Assembly: GCA_002633005.1 (NCBI GenBank)
Contig: NMRA01000563.1
Coordinates: 124,001 to 188,000, forward strand
Reading direction: 5' to 3'
Length of the DNA: 64,000 bases
DNA from: Phoronis australis
Lineage: Eukaryota; Animalia; Phoronida
Shown: in pieces, positions 1 to 13,091 of the stretch
How positions within the stretch are numbered: the first letter of the stretch is position 1
How the letters are laid out: each line of letters starts with the position of its first letter
Made by a program: the position numbers and the translations under genes
Notes under the pieces: generated by a model
What the model was told of the DNA's origin: nothing
Database searches by the model: none
The model's input: the letters and a program-made list of their open reading frames with translations, nothing else

Positions 1-54
1 ACATCAATGCCATATATCTAGTGACCCCAGGTGGCAGCACAAGGTACTACTTAC

Positions 55-285
55 GCGTGTATCCAAGACAACGCCAAATGACTGTGACAGCAGTGAGCAA
101 TCAAAATGGCGACCAGCGGCGTCAGAGATTGCAGGTGTCGCTATCCTCTGTACACCTAATACTGTTTCAATGACCCTTGATCTCCGTGAACAACTGAGTG
201 TCTCATTGACAATCTTGCACTGCTGATAACTGTTGTACAATGCCTTGGTGAATCCAAGACTGTGAATAAACTCGTGAATAGCTGT
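55..285 (-). CDS. CIROP: M8 leishmanolysin-like metallopeptidase (CIROP/LMLN2-like), coding exon 6 with catalytic HExxH; gene continues beyond left edge
   Basis: Acceptor TTTTTTTGCCAACAG and donor GTAAGT; 231 nt, phase 0/0; reads TAIHEFIHSLGF...RHFDC (M8 HExxHxLGF motif). Confidence 0.9.
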
Positions 286-980
286 CTGTTGGCAAAAAAA
301 ATCTTGGTAGTACAATTGCCTGTTGTATGCATCACAGGTATGACAGTGCCTATGTCATTAAAACAACCACAACTAACCGTGAAATGCGAGGATTTAATTG
401 AGTGATTAACAGAAAAATGTAGAACATAAATGAAAAACGATAAAATCGTTACCTAAAAGTAAACATGACCAATATATTCATATCATCAATATCATCTTTT
501 TACTCCCTTCATTATGGTTGTCATAGTAACACCAGTGTCTTAAAACACTGTCAATTGTTGAATGCAATTGTACAGGAAAGAAAAAGGTATCTTGCTTTCT
601 GCATTTCACTTTCTCACCTTGCATTCACCATTATCTGGAAAAACGCTTACTGCATTTCTCAAGTATGTTTTAATCACATGTTACAGTAGTCGCCCAGCAA
701 AATATAAAATGAATCCAAACAAATGTAAAACTAAAGATAGCAGTAACAAGTTTCTGTTTAATGGAAGCCCTGCCTTGTAATCTTTTCTTTTCTTTAACAG
801 TGTTACTTCAGACAATCTATATATCTGTATAAGAGTTTGACATTTAAAAACTCTGCTAGACACCAATACATTTGTTAAAATAGTTGTAACTTATTTCAGC
901 TAATGATAAAAAAGAGAACTCAGTTTGAAATACATCAAATCAGTGACAAAATGTGGGTGCAGGTAGAGAAGGGAACATAC

Positions 981-1109
981 CAGATAGATTTTATGCCTGC
1001 TGGTGTCTGATTTCTGAAGTGTGAATGGACAGAAATTGATGAAGGCCGCTATTGGTCGATCGTGCTGATCTTGTTGACAATACCGAGCATAGGCTAAAAC
1101 TGCATCACC
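981..1109 (-). CDS. CIROP: CIROP/LMLN2-like peptidase, coding exon 5
   Basis: TTTTCTGTCAG acceptor, GTATGT donor; 129 nt; GDAVLAYARYCQQDQHDRPIAAFINFCP matches the M8 'AYA..CQ...DRP.AG..NFC' motif. Confidence 0.9.
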
Positions 1110-1615
1110 CTGACAGAAAAGTTTACATAACTCAAGCTCACATGGTTGTAAACAATTAGAAAGCAAGCAACAAAACAACTCATGAAACACCCAAATTTAG
1201 GCATGAGATATAAATGTAAAAAAATAATTCTTTAGAATTTCGTTTAGAAATACACTTACTAAACACTAAAATAATGTTTGGCACTTCAACATCAAAATTC
1301 ACATTAAAAATTGCGATTCAAAACTACTCATTTACAATTCATTACCTAAAGTGTAAACTGACAAATTGAGTTGAGTAACCTTAAGCGCTTCACAAAGGTA
1401 ACAAGGTCAACACTTAAGTTTACACCCAAGAAACCATTTTCTGTCAAAATTTTTGGTGACCACTGACGGTACATTACATAAAATAATACCCAGAATTTCG
1501 TGGCTACATGACTTTGCTGAAAACTGACTCAGACATGAAAATTTTTGGCAGAGAGTTGAAAATTCTTACTTTTATTGTTACAAGAACTGGGGAGAAAAAA
1601 ATTAGACTTAAACAT

Positions 1616-2129
1616 CAGGGCTTGGAATGACCAATGACAAAAAACGCGGAAACTTTGAAACTTTTACGGCCCAAATCATGCCCGATAACCACCATTGAAT
1701 GATCAATGTGAACCTTTCCCCGATAAAAATCGGGAGGACTAAAAAAAGAAAAAAAAAATGTTACCACCATCAGTAGCATGCGTCTGCGTCCTTTTAGCTC
1801 GCCCGTCCACTCCCAACCCACACATTTTTGGCTGCAGAGCGGTAGTATTTGTCGCCGCGCTTAACAATAACACGAGACGCCATTGAACATCCCACCACGC
1901 TGTCCCAGATGCCCCGGCAATGTTGACAATTTACGTTCCTCCGAAACATAAAGAGCAACTTCCGCTTTTCCGAGGTGAACGTCGTCTGCAACGCCGCGGT
2001 AAGAAAGGAATTTGCCGCGGAAATTTTATATCAAATCCGATTTTTTTACGCGGAAATATTATAAAAAAAGCGGAAAGCACATTTGAAAAAAGCGGAAATC
2101 CGCGTTTCCGCGGAAAATTCCAAGCCCTA
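1616..2129. mobile_element. MITE (hAT-like CAGGG terminus) in peptidase intron
   Basis: TIRs CAGGGCTTGGAAT / ATTCCAAGCCCTA; AAACAT repeated at 1610-1615 and 2130-2135; many subterminal GCGGAA motifs. Confidence 0.75.
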
Positions 2130-2368
2130 AAACATGCTACAAAAACGCAATATGAAATCTACTCGGAATAATTTTGACCTGATTGAAAGCTGAAATAACT
2201 AATAGACGTTTCAAATAAACATACTATAAGCACTTTATAATATGCACCAACTAAACATTAATTTGCCTTTGGTAGTTCATTATTGGCAAGTGGAAACTTA
2301 AATGTCAAGAAGAAAAATCCCTGGACAAGCTTTATGGCCCGTAAGAATTGATTCATTACAACACCAAC

Positions 2369-2515
2369 CTGTTGAAAGCATGTTGTTCTGGCTTCAGCCG
2401 TCACATAAATGATAAAGTCTCCTTCTACACCATCACCATCCTCGTAATAAGTTGTTACTGGATGTGGATAGGTGGCGTTGTAGATAACAAGACCCTCCAG
2501 ATGGTCGTCAGGGAT
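2369..2515 (-). CDS. CIROP: CIROP/LMLN2-like peptidase, coding exon 4
   Basis: TTTCCTTAG acceptor, GTTGGT donor; 147 nt; IPDDHLEG...DGDGVEGDFIIYVTA matches M8 'IP..HL...G.G...DF.LYV'. Confidence 0.88.
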
Positions 2516-2970
2516 CTAAGGAAAGCTGACGTCTTTCAACAAGTCCGCATGTTTTAGTTGAAAATGAATCACATTAATGGAAGTTTGTAAGTTCGACCAA
2601 TTTACAACAATTTAGAATATTCAAGATGACTCACCATGGTTAATATTCCTTCATTTCAAACCTCAAAAATTAAATTATTGAAAATTAAATTATATCTATT
2701 GTGGTTAGGGATCAGGTTCATGTTTTGAAACAACTGAGAACATAGTCACCAAGACAGTTAAAATGATTGATGTGTAAAACTACGCAAATGGTTTCACGAC
2801 AAGAAACCTCTTTTTTCTATCAAATTTTCCACATTTTACCGACAAGTTTTTTTAATCCCAAATTAACATAATATCCACTCTGGATTAATGACACATGTTG
2901 GCATGTCTGTATCACTTCAGTCCTACAGCACAAACTGATAATGTGTTTCACACAATATTCAAACAGTCAC

Positions 2971-3037
2971 CTGTATTTTATCAACACCCTGTCCACAGAA
3001 TTCGCGACCCTTATAGTTACTATCCATTGCAGAACAT
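2971..3037 (-). CDS. CIROP: CIROP/LMLN2-like peptidase, coding exon 3
   Basis: TTCTCTTTTTCAG acceptor, GTGACT donor; 67 nt, phase 2 to 0; CSAMDSNYKGREFCGQGVDKIQ; frame fits both neighbours. Confidence 0.85.
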
Positions 3038-3499
3038 CTGAAAAAGAGAAGAAATAATTATAAGTAATAATATCTGTCACAGGGCAATCCCACAGTTCAC
3101 CTGTGGGAACAAAAACACTGTCACGCTTCTGAAAAATACAAGGAAATTATGAAAAGCTGTGTATGAATTCATCACAAGTTATTAGTACAGATATGTCATA
3201 AAAAACAGTTTCAAAATCGCCATCTTTCAAATTTGTACCGGTCTTTTAAAAAGTGGGTGTTGATCCCATAGAATGCACTACAAATAGGCGAACATGAACC
3301 GTTCTTGGGGTCTGACAAGAGCAGAAAACAAGGAAGTGCTAATTACAAAACATGACTATTTTAGCGTTTATCTAACAGACAATAACATTGAAGCTTACCC
3401 TACCTATTCACACCCAGTAGCTGGGATAATGCATAATTTTCCTCTCTATTTATAACTGGTGGATGTAGGAAAGTGCTTCCATAGCTTTATGGGTCCAAC

Positions 3500-3790
3500 A
3501 AACACATCTGTACCGTGACCTTTGCACTCCATACAATAATACTGCACAAATTGCAAACACATCTGTACTGTGAACTTTGCACTCCACACAATAATACTGC
3601 ACAAATTGCAAACACATCTGTACTGTGAACTTTGCACTCCATACAATAATACTGCACAAATTGCAAACACATCTGTACTGTGAACTTTGCACTCCGCACA
3701 ATAATACTGAACAAATTGCAAACACATCTGTACTGTGAACTTTACACACCATAAAATAATACTGCACAAATTGCAAACATAAGCAAATCT
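3500..3790. repeat. 55-bp minisatellite, ~5 copies
   Basis: AACACATCTG recurs at 3501, 3556, 3611, 3666 and 3721. Confidence 0.95.
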
Positions 3791-3847
3791 GTGCAAGTGT
3801 CAAAAACTTTCATTGGACTGAACAGGTCTCCCTGGTTTTCTACTCAC

Positions 3848-3926
3848 TTTCCAACATTAACTCCAGACCCCCAAGTCCTGAAACAACCAGCCCTAGACAG
3901 GAGTAGTCTCCCCTGGACTGGAACAA
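3848..3926 (-). CDS. CIROP: CIROP/LMLN2-like peptidase, coding exon 2
   Basis: TTCTTTTGCAG acceptor, GTGAGT donor; 79 nt, phase 1 to 2; VVPVQGRLLLSRAGCFRTWGSGVNVGK. Confidence 0.85.
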
Positions 3927-4783
3927 CTGCAAAAGAATGATATCCAGTTAGGGTTGTCAATCAAAGTAAATTCTGTCACCATGGGAGCACATCAAAACAG
4001 AAGTAAACAGGACCTAATAGAATTGCTTATCAGCAAATAAATTCTGCATATGGCAAATAGACTTCAAAGCAGTGATTGCGAACTCAACAAGTTCAAGATG
4101 TAATTAGGTAGGCTATAAATTTAACTGGGAAAAGTACGTGTCAGAATCCATTACCAGTAATCACTGTAGAGCGTATGAAAATCTCATTTCTATGTCCAAC
4201 ATTAAAAGGTGCATTTCTACGGAACACCAAAGCAATTCTCACCATTTGCAAGTTCTGTGTAGCAGCACGCTATGAAACGGTTTTTTGAAAATTTGCAGGC
4301 ATTTGCAAATTCAGACGCATTTGAAACATGAAAACAGCAATTGTGGCAAGTATTTACCCTTTGTGGTCATTATATTTCTACAAAACAGGTGAGATAATAC
4401 CAAATGCTGACAAGTTGCTTTACCAATTCTTAAACATATTTGATGGCATAATCGGGATTAATTTGAATAGAACTCATCAATTATCAGATACAAAATACTC
4501 GACCAAAAATGTAACATCAAGTATTTTAAGTAAAGAACAGGGTTAAGAGGGTGACCTAAAGTAGGAAATTAAAACTATTGTTATTTTCATTTCGTGAAAT
4601 CTCACCCGACTCCCTCAGTGCACACAAGAGAACACACCTAAATTTTGCCAGGTCACATTTGGTGAGCTGACATTACAGCTACAGTCCTGTGCTCCAACAA
4701 ATTTTACTGGTAATTTCTACAATATTTTGTCTAGTTCAAGATAGAATACTTTGCACAAATGTCAATACATTAGAAAATTATAC

Positions 4784-5102
4784 CTGATAATACCCTGGAC
4801 ATGAAGCTTGCGGCTTTCTGCACTGCCTCCTTGAGGCGAGACAGAGACTCATTAGGAAGAGGAGGTTCATTGTCTAGTGAATAATGAATGTGGATTCGCA
4901 ATGGTTTGTACAGCGATGATGGCGAGTCTTGTGTGTCCCTCTTGTGGCGTCCGCTCGTTTTGTAGGCTAGCTGTTGTTTTGGCACGTGGTCGTACGTAAT
5001 GGAGTCTTGTACACATCCTGAGCACATGACGACAAGACAGGATAAGACCAGCACAAGACAGGTGTAGATCAAAGCCAGCAAAAGTTTTTGAGGAACAAGC
5101 AT
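4784..5102 (-). CDS. CIROP: CIROP/LMLN2-like peptidase, coding exon 1 (signal peptide, propeptide, furin-type RHKR site)
   Basis: ATG at 5102; hydrophobic signal LLLALIYTCLVLVLSCLVVM; RHKR then PLRIHIHY...RVLS; phase-1 donor at 4783; the six exons sum to 972 nt in one open frame. Confidence 0.85.
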
Positions 5103-7164
5103 TGTCCTCAAATGATAACAATCAACTAATGAGGGGAACACATTGTTTTCAGCTTGTCACAGTCTATGAAGTGTGCACATTGTCCTGAAATGATGAAAAT
5201 CTCCCCTTATTGAAGCAGCCATTACCCTCAAGTAATGGCAACCTTACAATGACGTGTGGACATAGTCTTCAACTGACGTCAATGTTTTAGTAAGCAGTCA
5301 TTATCCTCCACTGGTCATAATCTTCATTATATTGCCATTACCCAGTTACACCTGTAAAAGGCAAGATTGTGAACAGCAATAGATCAGTCGCATGGAATGT
5401 GTGATTTTCAAGTAAATTTTACTCGAGGTCAGTTGGCATAATTATCAACTCAAGACGTTGTATTTCATTTCTCATGCACTGTAGTTCTTTTCCCACCAAT
5501 TTTTTACCTATTGAACAATTTTTTCTCTTGCACATTTGTTCCCAATTACGCTGTAACCAGTCAGTGTTCTACACACGCATGCATGCATGCACGCATGCAC
5601 ACACACGCACGCACACACACGTACACGTAGCGTGAGCTTATTCATGTCTGATAATAGAGAGAGCAAACACAATTGTGGTTCATGAGGAACCAACTAATAT
5701 TTGTGAAAAGTAATAGCGGTACATGAGAACAGAAACACAGCTGATTGGTCAAAATAACATGACTGGCAAAAGCATGTAATAATGCAAAAGCACTCAAAGG
5801 AGCGACACTTGGCAAAACTGAAGGAAAATTTAAAGGTGAGATCGGCAACAGAAAATCTCGAATAACTAAAGAAAAACAAATGGCACACATCTGATAAACC
5901 TTGCAATGATCTATCCACAGAAAAACAAATCGAAAAAACTTCTCCAGAGACAGCGGAGCTATGACTGCAAATGGAAAAAGTGATAAATGGCCGCCACAGT
6001 GATATCTTGCATCCGATTTCAACAAAGACAGCAGGGTTTGAGCTACTCATGGCAAACATGTTCTGTGAAAATTCCACAGTGATGAGATAAAAAAACGCGA
6101 TCTGTAGCATGCAAACAAAGAAACAAATCACAAATTTTATGACTAAGCAACAGACTTCATTTCAGCAAGTAGTGAACTTCACTTGTCTGCCATATTGTAC
6201 TAACCATAAAGTGGACCTTGCACGCTAGTAATTCCTTATCTCTGTGATTGCTTGGTCAAATTAGTTACAAACACAACATATAGCGACAATGTGAATATGA
6301 AGTAAGTTGAAAATTGCCAAATGTTTTTAAAAATGAGTTTTGTGTCGAAAATGATCCATGGTAAATCGCTGAACCGTGTCCAGTAAGTATCGTGACGTGT
6401 TGTTGAGGAATGACACTGCATGATGTGGGCTACGTGAGCCTCCAAATACGTCATTAGTGCAAAGGTCACATATTTGCAGAATTTTTTGTTTTCACATTTA
6501 CAAGCTATCAATGAATCCATCTGCACTTTGTTTAGTGTAGATGACGTTCAAATAGCATTGCCGTTGATGAAGCAGTTACATGATAAAACTATTGAATAAA
6601 TCATAGAAATTTCTCCTGAAATTCTTCCATGAAAACAGATTACTTAAATAATTGGGAACTTGGAACATGGTCAAATTTTAACAATTAAAGTCATCAATAT
6701 TTTGTCCAAATGAAAACACCTGTCGTGTGAGGGAACTGTATAATACAGTAATAATATAAATACTAAATTAATTCAAAACATTAAACTACTAATAACATGG
6801 AGATGTGAACATAATAAAACTCCTACTGTTTGATATCATAGTTCTTTAGCAGACGATCAAAGATATATGAAAACTTGAGAAACTCAGGGTGCTAGAGGCG
6901 GATGAAGAGGGAGCCAAATCTGGACACATAGGTTGATCCCGCTCAAATCCATAGATTGCTAGGAATGTAAAGTAGCACATATGTAAAGGAAATAAGAGCA
7001 AGCTCAATTCACTTGATCTTCAGACAATTGCTATTTTAGAACAGCTTTTTAGTATCTGGTTAAAGTATTGGAGTCTTGAGCCCAGTATCACAGGTCCAAT
7101 TCTCGTCTTGCACTAAAAAGTTCAAATATCTAATTACTGCGATGGTGGAGATGACCCGCTAGCA

Positions 7165-8467
7165 TCTATTATATAAAATGCATCGTTTGCACAAACTCCA
7201 TCTCCCCCGCTCCGCTGGACCTTCGTTGCACCCGTTTCGGCACCGCCTTGGTCCCAGGTATTACACCGGCCCCCTATTTGGATTCAAGGTGTTCTATTTT
7301 TTTCTCACAGGCCATTTTTTCATGGACGTGGAGGGAGGGTGGCCAGTTTTGTACTGGCCTTAGTGACGTCAGTCGGTCCGCTCAACGGCCTGGGTGACAT
7401 TACTCCGTCGGCTTAATTTCACTCCCTCTGCCTTCTGTCGCGTATATAATTCATTGGGTCAGTCGCGGCCAAAATTAATGATGCCTCATTAAAAAATTTT
7501 TACTCTTCCTTGAGTAAACTAAATTATTTGCCCGGGTGTTGGAAAATTGGCATTCTTCAGTTATTCTTCTGGTAAAATTGCGATGTGCTCCTTGGGCGCC
7601 AGTGCGTCACCTATTGGCCAATTTCCATGTTCTTCAATCAACTGTGAGGTAGCAAACATGTCATAACAATCGGAAGTGGTTTCATTTTGTTACAAGGTTT
7701 TACTATTTCAATACCAGAAAACCCAATTTCAGAACTAACTCTTGAGAGATATCGCAAAGTTTTACGAAATGGCGCGTACGTGTGCGTGTCACGAGTATGC
7801 ACTGTTTTCACAACGACGACAGATCGGATTTTCCTTTGTTACAAAAGGCGGAAAATTACGAAAAATTACGTTTATTAGATTTTTTTACTTCAATAAGCGG
7901 CTGTAATGGGCAAGGTGAATGTCAGTTCATTCTCAGATTCTACATGCACCCCTGCAAGTTGTTAGCTCTCTAAGTTTCACGACGAGGTAATAAGCTGAGC
8001 ACCCAGGTTTTGTGAAATTTTGGTGTCTAAAGGAGCCCTACATACGGCTACCTAGCCATATGTTGACGATAGTCTTCATACAGCTAACAGACTTTCTACC
8101 TCAGAATGTACACATATGATGCAACTTTTGTAAATGCATCTATATACTTTGTGTACTATACAATCTTTTAAATGCATTCTTAGTTTTCCCTTTAAAAGAA
8201 TATCTGATTACTGTACTCTGTGTTACGACAGGGTCAAATTTCTGGAAAGAAAATTGTACTGCCTGGGGGAAAGAATCCCACAGCCGCACTCCTTGCGTAC
8301 TAAAATTTGACAGGTGACAGAAACTCTGCTTGAAGCTTTGAACACGATCTCTTCAAGAAGTATTCCTGCCTCTTGCGATGAACACTCGGTTCACTCATAG
8401 GTGTAGCTATTTCCCCCTAGCGTTTCCCACTAGCTGCTACCCGTGCAAAAGCACGGGTAATGGCTAG
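7165..8467 (+). mobile_element. Non-autonomous Helitron
   Basis: 5' A^TCTATTATATAAAA at 7164/7165; 3' hairpin TACCCGTGC-AAAA-GCACGGGTA (8438-8459) followed by CTAG^T (8464-8468); A/T insertion site with no TSD. Confidence 0.75.
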
Positions 8468-8734
8468 TCTAGACATATGGAGAGGAGGCTGATGGGAAGG
8501 CAGTGAATGCATTAAAGCCACATAGCAAGCTGACAGACTCACCATTACAAGTTGCCACTACGCTTTGAGATGGTTTACACAATGACCTGACTATGTAAGG
8601 CAGTCGGCAAGTGAGATCTCTTCCTAAACAGAATGGAAACCGATTAAGTAGACAATGGAAACGTGAACGTGTGTGAACGCAGGTATCACTTAATTTTCCT
8701 CAGGAAATTTTTTACACTGGCGTTTCTAATTGGC

Positions 8735-9092
8735 TAGTCGAATTCTCAACAGGCAGGGCTTTACGCAAACATACTGGCATCATAGATACTCTATGGTCTG
8801 TTGTACATACAAATCTCATACAGTATGAATACCACACCGGTTAAATCGGCCAGATATGTGTTTATTGTACATGTATGTGCTTCAAGCACGTGGATATTAA
8901 ACATCACTGCAGAAACGAAATAGTTGCAGCGACACCACTTGCTTGACAAGGCCAAAAATCTTTCACAGTTCGCCATTGTTTCAGGGTGTTGTAAAGCTAA
9001 TAAATGACTGCTGAGGTTACATCAACCAATGCTAAAACGCTTGCCACTGCATGATACCTGCGTGCTGGCTAGGCACGTACGGGACCAGCGAG
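8735..9092 (+). mobile_element. Diverged partial copy of the MITE at 52096-52549
   Basis: Colinear similarity (CACCGGTTAAATCGG; GTTGTAAAGCTAA..AATGACTGC.GAGGTTACATCAACCA) and right TIR remnant GGGACCAGCGAG. Confidence 0.7.
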
Positions 9093-9095
9093 AGG

Positions 9096-9213
9096 CACAA
9101 GTCGGATATAATGGACCCTGACTTAAAGAACTAGGCAATCACTAAATAACGGCCCCGTTATTTAGTGGATGAAACTGGTTCTCTCAATCACGGTCCATTA
9201 TATCTGACTTGTG
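9096..9213. mobile_element. Palindromic foldback MITE (degenerate relative at ~9585-9665)
   Basis: CACAAGTCGGATATAATGGACC...GGTCCATTATATCTGACTTGTG with central CACTAAATAACGG/CCGTTATTTAGTG. Confidence 0.75.
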
Positions 9214-10329
9214 TCCCAGTGAGACTATAGAGACCATGACTATGTCATCTCCAGCAAATTACCGCAGGATCATCAGCCATCATCATGGTTAGGCATAGCC
9301 ACCCAGCTAGGCACCACTGTGCGTATTTCTTCCATAGACCCTGAAATTGCATACAGCCAGGGTAGTTCTGCTCGTCAACTCGCCGTGAAGCCTGTATTAA
9401 CGTGTAGAACTAAAGACCGAACATGCAAAACCTGGGAATCAACCGACACTCACCTTGCCCGTTACAACGGTTTAAGCGAAAAACAATGCAACAAGTCATT
9501 TTCTTGTGTCATTCTCGACCTTTTGTAACTTTTATCTTACCACTTTTTAACCCACATCATCGGCGCAAGGCTAGGTGAGGCACTGGTCGGATATAGTGAT
9601 TCGTGGTTTAGAGAACCACTTTTACCCACTACCCGTTCCTCAAAATCAAGGACCACTATATTCGATGCTGCCGACAAACGCTTTCAGTAGGCCCATGAGT
9701 AGAGTAATGTTCCCTTGTCTTACAGTTACATGAGTTACAAGCTGTCAGTCACACAGTCAAATCAAAATTGGAAATCGCCGAATTTGTTTCTTCATTCATT
9801 GTTCGAGTACTAGATGGCGAACAAGTTCAACACTTTCTTTTTTAAATTTTCAATGTTTTACTTTACCAGAATGCTGACAAATCCTGGAAGCTTTACTTCA
9901 GATAATCGATAGATGTATTAAATCATCAAAACACACCAAATTCCTCATCAGCAGAAGTTTCTGAAGTTCTCATTAACTTGACTACCGGGTCGGTGATTTA
10001 CGGCCGATGTGATTGGTTAATAAATGAACCGTCCAGCACGTAGCGACATCTATTGATGCGTTATTTTGAACGGGTATTGTTATAATTTCCACTGACGTTC
10101 CAGTGTCTTTAGCGTCTGAGACCATGTGTTTAAGGCGATTTCTATGTTTTTATTGTCTCTGCGAAGCCCAGCCAATCTAGATGGTCTGTGCAGGAAACAC
10201 CATAGACATTTGATTGACACGCACGCACGCGCACACACAACATAGGCACATTTCGACATAGGCCTATGATTTATTTAGCTTGTAATCAATGAAACAGAAT
10301 GTCAAAAGAGGGCAAAAGTTTACTGAATT

Positions 10330-10824
10330 TTTCACATCCACGGTAGGCCAATCAGACAGTACGTTTTTCGATTTGAAAGCCATTCCTTTCTGAAAAGTTC
10401 AATTGAAGGAGTAATATTTCTGCATAAGATTTTTAGTTTTTGAAATAACCATTGAGTTAATGCAGACCAGGAAGTTTCGTAATAAAGATGAGTTATATTC
10501 TCTGTCTCCTTACAAAACGTGTAAAGATCTGACTCTTGGATGGCCAATTTTAACCAGAAAGTGGCTGTTTGTGGCGACAATTCGATGAAGAAAATTGATC
10601 TGAAACCATTTTTAACAAGCATTCTTTCCCGGCTCCACCATTTGGACGAATCAAGAACGTTAATAAATAATGATTCCCACTTCAGCTCATGTGTTGACTT
10701 TTTGTGAATGCTTTAAATTAATTGTGAATACTAAACATTTTTTCGCAATGCTAGTATTTTAAAGATATTTGGGAGGTTTACAGAAAACTTCATATTTCTG
10801 GAATCGAAAAATTGCACGCTTAAG
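10330..10824 (-). mobile_element. 3' part (zinc-binding C-terminus) of decayed Tx1/L1-like LINE; continues at 13526
   Basis: KLAIQESDLYTFCKETENITHLY resembles the Tx1/L1 'I.DSDLCTFC..E.ETI.HLF' motif; joins 13526 to read YGLKRAI once the 10825-13520 insertion is removed. Confidence 0.7.
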
Positions 10825-11194
10825 CAGGCCCGGGGGAGGTATGGGGGTTGAATAGCACGCCCCGCGGAAAAGTTGCAAAGGTCCAGCCCCAGCATATCCG
10901 TTAGAGATAGGGCACGAGATGGACAACAGCAACAACAGCAAGAGCACCAGCAACAACAAAATTGTTGCAGCTACTGGTAGTAGGCTACTAACTATAGTTA
11001 TAACTGAGTTAGCCGAATTTGTTTCTGATTCAAAGCGCTTCGCTTAATCTTCGGACCCTACGCGGCCCCAGGGCCCAACTTCGCCCGAGTGGTGTTTGCG
11101 CAGATGACAGGATCTTGCAAACGATTAGAGGAGGTTTTATGTCATTCGTTAGCATTAAACGTGCGTGGTTGCTACACCATTATCGTCGATATTA

Positions 11195-11522
11195 TTGTTG
11201 GCCAAATGAGTGAGCGCTACGCCGTTAAATTACGTGCGTAAGTTAATTCTTGTTAGAGGCGTAGAGTAATTATTTACGGCGTAAAGTAATTAGTTGCGGC
11301 GTAAAGTAATTAGTTGCAGCGTAAAGTAACGATTTTTGACGTAAAGGAATTATTACATTACGACGTAAAGTAACTATTTGCGGCGATAAAAGTTACTTTA
11401 CGCCGCAAATTGTTACTTTAGGCCACAAATAATTTATTTATGCCGCACTTAATTACGCCTGTAACAAGAATTATCTTACGCACGTAAATTAACGGCGTAA
11501 CGTTCACCCATTTGGCCAACAG
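11195..11522. mobile_element. TA-flanked foldback MITE with internal ~20-bp repeats
   Basis: ~70-bp imperfect TIRs (TGTTGGCCAAATG.../...CATTTGGCCAACAG); TA on both sides; GGCGTAAAGTAATTAGTTGC units in both orientations. Confidence 0.85.
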
Positions 11523-12385
11523 TAGGGTAACAAGGGAGTCTAGAAGTAAATGTTTAAAACTAACTAAGCTTTAAAACAGTGAATTAGCTCTCAAAAAGTA
11601 GTATGGCGTGAATGTTTTAAAATCGACCAAGAAACAGCAGCTAGAAAATATGATTGTTATCTGCTATTTTGATGTACTTACTAGCATAGTAGGGTAGGGT
11701 GCAGGCATTTCAGATTTCGAATTGAAGGTGATCGTCAAATGATTGTTGTGCCTCCAGTGTCCACTTTCATTGTGGATTGGTGGACTGACATGCATGCGCG
11801 TGTACACGTGTGCGCATTTTCATTCTTTTAAATCCAGTACACGCCGACGGTAAGTTCACTGTAGCCAGTCTTCTGTCGTTGCTCAAACAAAAACCAGACA
11901 TTTTACTACCGTGTGTTCTCGCACTGAGGAAACAAGCATGTTCACAGTACTAGGGAAAAGCAGGTCTAGACCTAATGAAACTTTGGTCAGTGAAGAAAGT
12001 GTTCCCTTGTCAATCAGTGGCAATGGTTCACAGCCTCGCAGACTTCATACGAGCAACAAACCTGATGCAAAAGATTTCCAAGGTTACCTGTCACTATTCT
12101 GAAGGTTCACTTCTTCGAAAGTACACAACTCTGAAGTTTCACTATTCGGAGCTTAGTTCCACTGGCAATTGTGACTTCTTGAAGAACCTAACTAACGATT
12201 CATTCTCAACCAGGGACAACATCTGGGACACGGGTCAGGGCTGCGGCGACCTGAAGACTGAATGGGACTCTCTGACTTTGTGAAGACTGACAGGGACAGG
12301 GTAGCCTTCTAAGTACATTTAGTTTCGACCAGTTCCATAGAGTGAGGTAATAATTCTTTAATATCCCTACTTCGTATTATTTTAA

Positions 12386-13091
12386 AAGGATAGTAAACCC
12401 TGTGATGATTTCCAGCAATTCTCGTTCTGTCACCTGCTAATGTATCACTGGCGTCAATCTTCCAAGTTAAAAGAATACCAAACCCGGTTTTATCCTATTA
12501 ACAGATACTAAAAACGACTTTCCCACCCAGTTCTCTGAAACAAAATAATGCTGCGTAACGGCTCGACATGAGTTTTGAGGAAAATCAGAAAACCCCTTAC
12601 AAATTCAGGTAAAGGAGCAAGCGTGACCTACGCTTTTAGCGAGTTACGCGGCATCTGTGGGAAAAGACTACCCACCAAGGACCATAATGTCCAATTCGTG
12701 AGATAGTGGGTATGAATTCTTAGTTGATTCCTGCTTTATCTTTCAAGATTGACGCCATTGATGCAACAGCAAGTGACAGATAGAGGATTGGTTGAAATAA
12801 TCAAAATATTAAGGTTTAGAATCTTTTTTAAGGGAGAAATCACGTGAAAATTCATACACCCCTTGTCAAAGTTTGGACCATCCTTGGTGGGTGGACCTTT
12901 CCCACAGTTGCCGTGTAATTCGCAAAAAGCGTAGGTTACGTTTGCTCGTTTAGCAAACTTTGAAAGGAGTGTTCAATTTTTTTAGCAAACGGGTTGTCAG
13001 TGGTTACAGAGTATTATTTTGTTTGAGGGAACTGCAAGGGAAATTCATTTTTGGTATCTGTCAACAGGACAAATCCGGATTTGGTATCCTT
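12386..13091 (-). mobile_element. TTAA-targeting Kolobok-like non-autonomous element (copy B), split by copy A
   Basis: TTAA at both outer ends; halves 12386-12466 and 12832-13091 rejoin colinearly with copy A in reverse orientation. Confidence 0.75.
12471..12827 (+). mobile_element. TTAA-targeting Kolobok-like non-autonomous element (copy A)
   Basis: TTAA at 12467-12470 and 12828-12831; starts AAGAATACCAAACCC; homologous to 27606-27937. Confidence 0.8.

Noticed and set aside
3446-3803. Cys-rich repetitive ORFs; array superficially CRISPR-like
   Set aside because: Translations of a 55-bp intronic minisatellite with no unique spacers.
5640-6460. Purine-rich plus-strand stretch with CTNHKVDLA, like the hAT CxxH motif
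   Set aside because: One weak motif among many stops and no termini found; too little to call.
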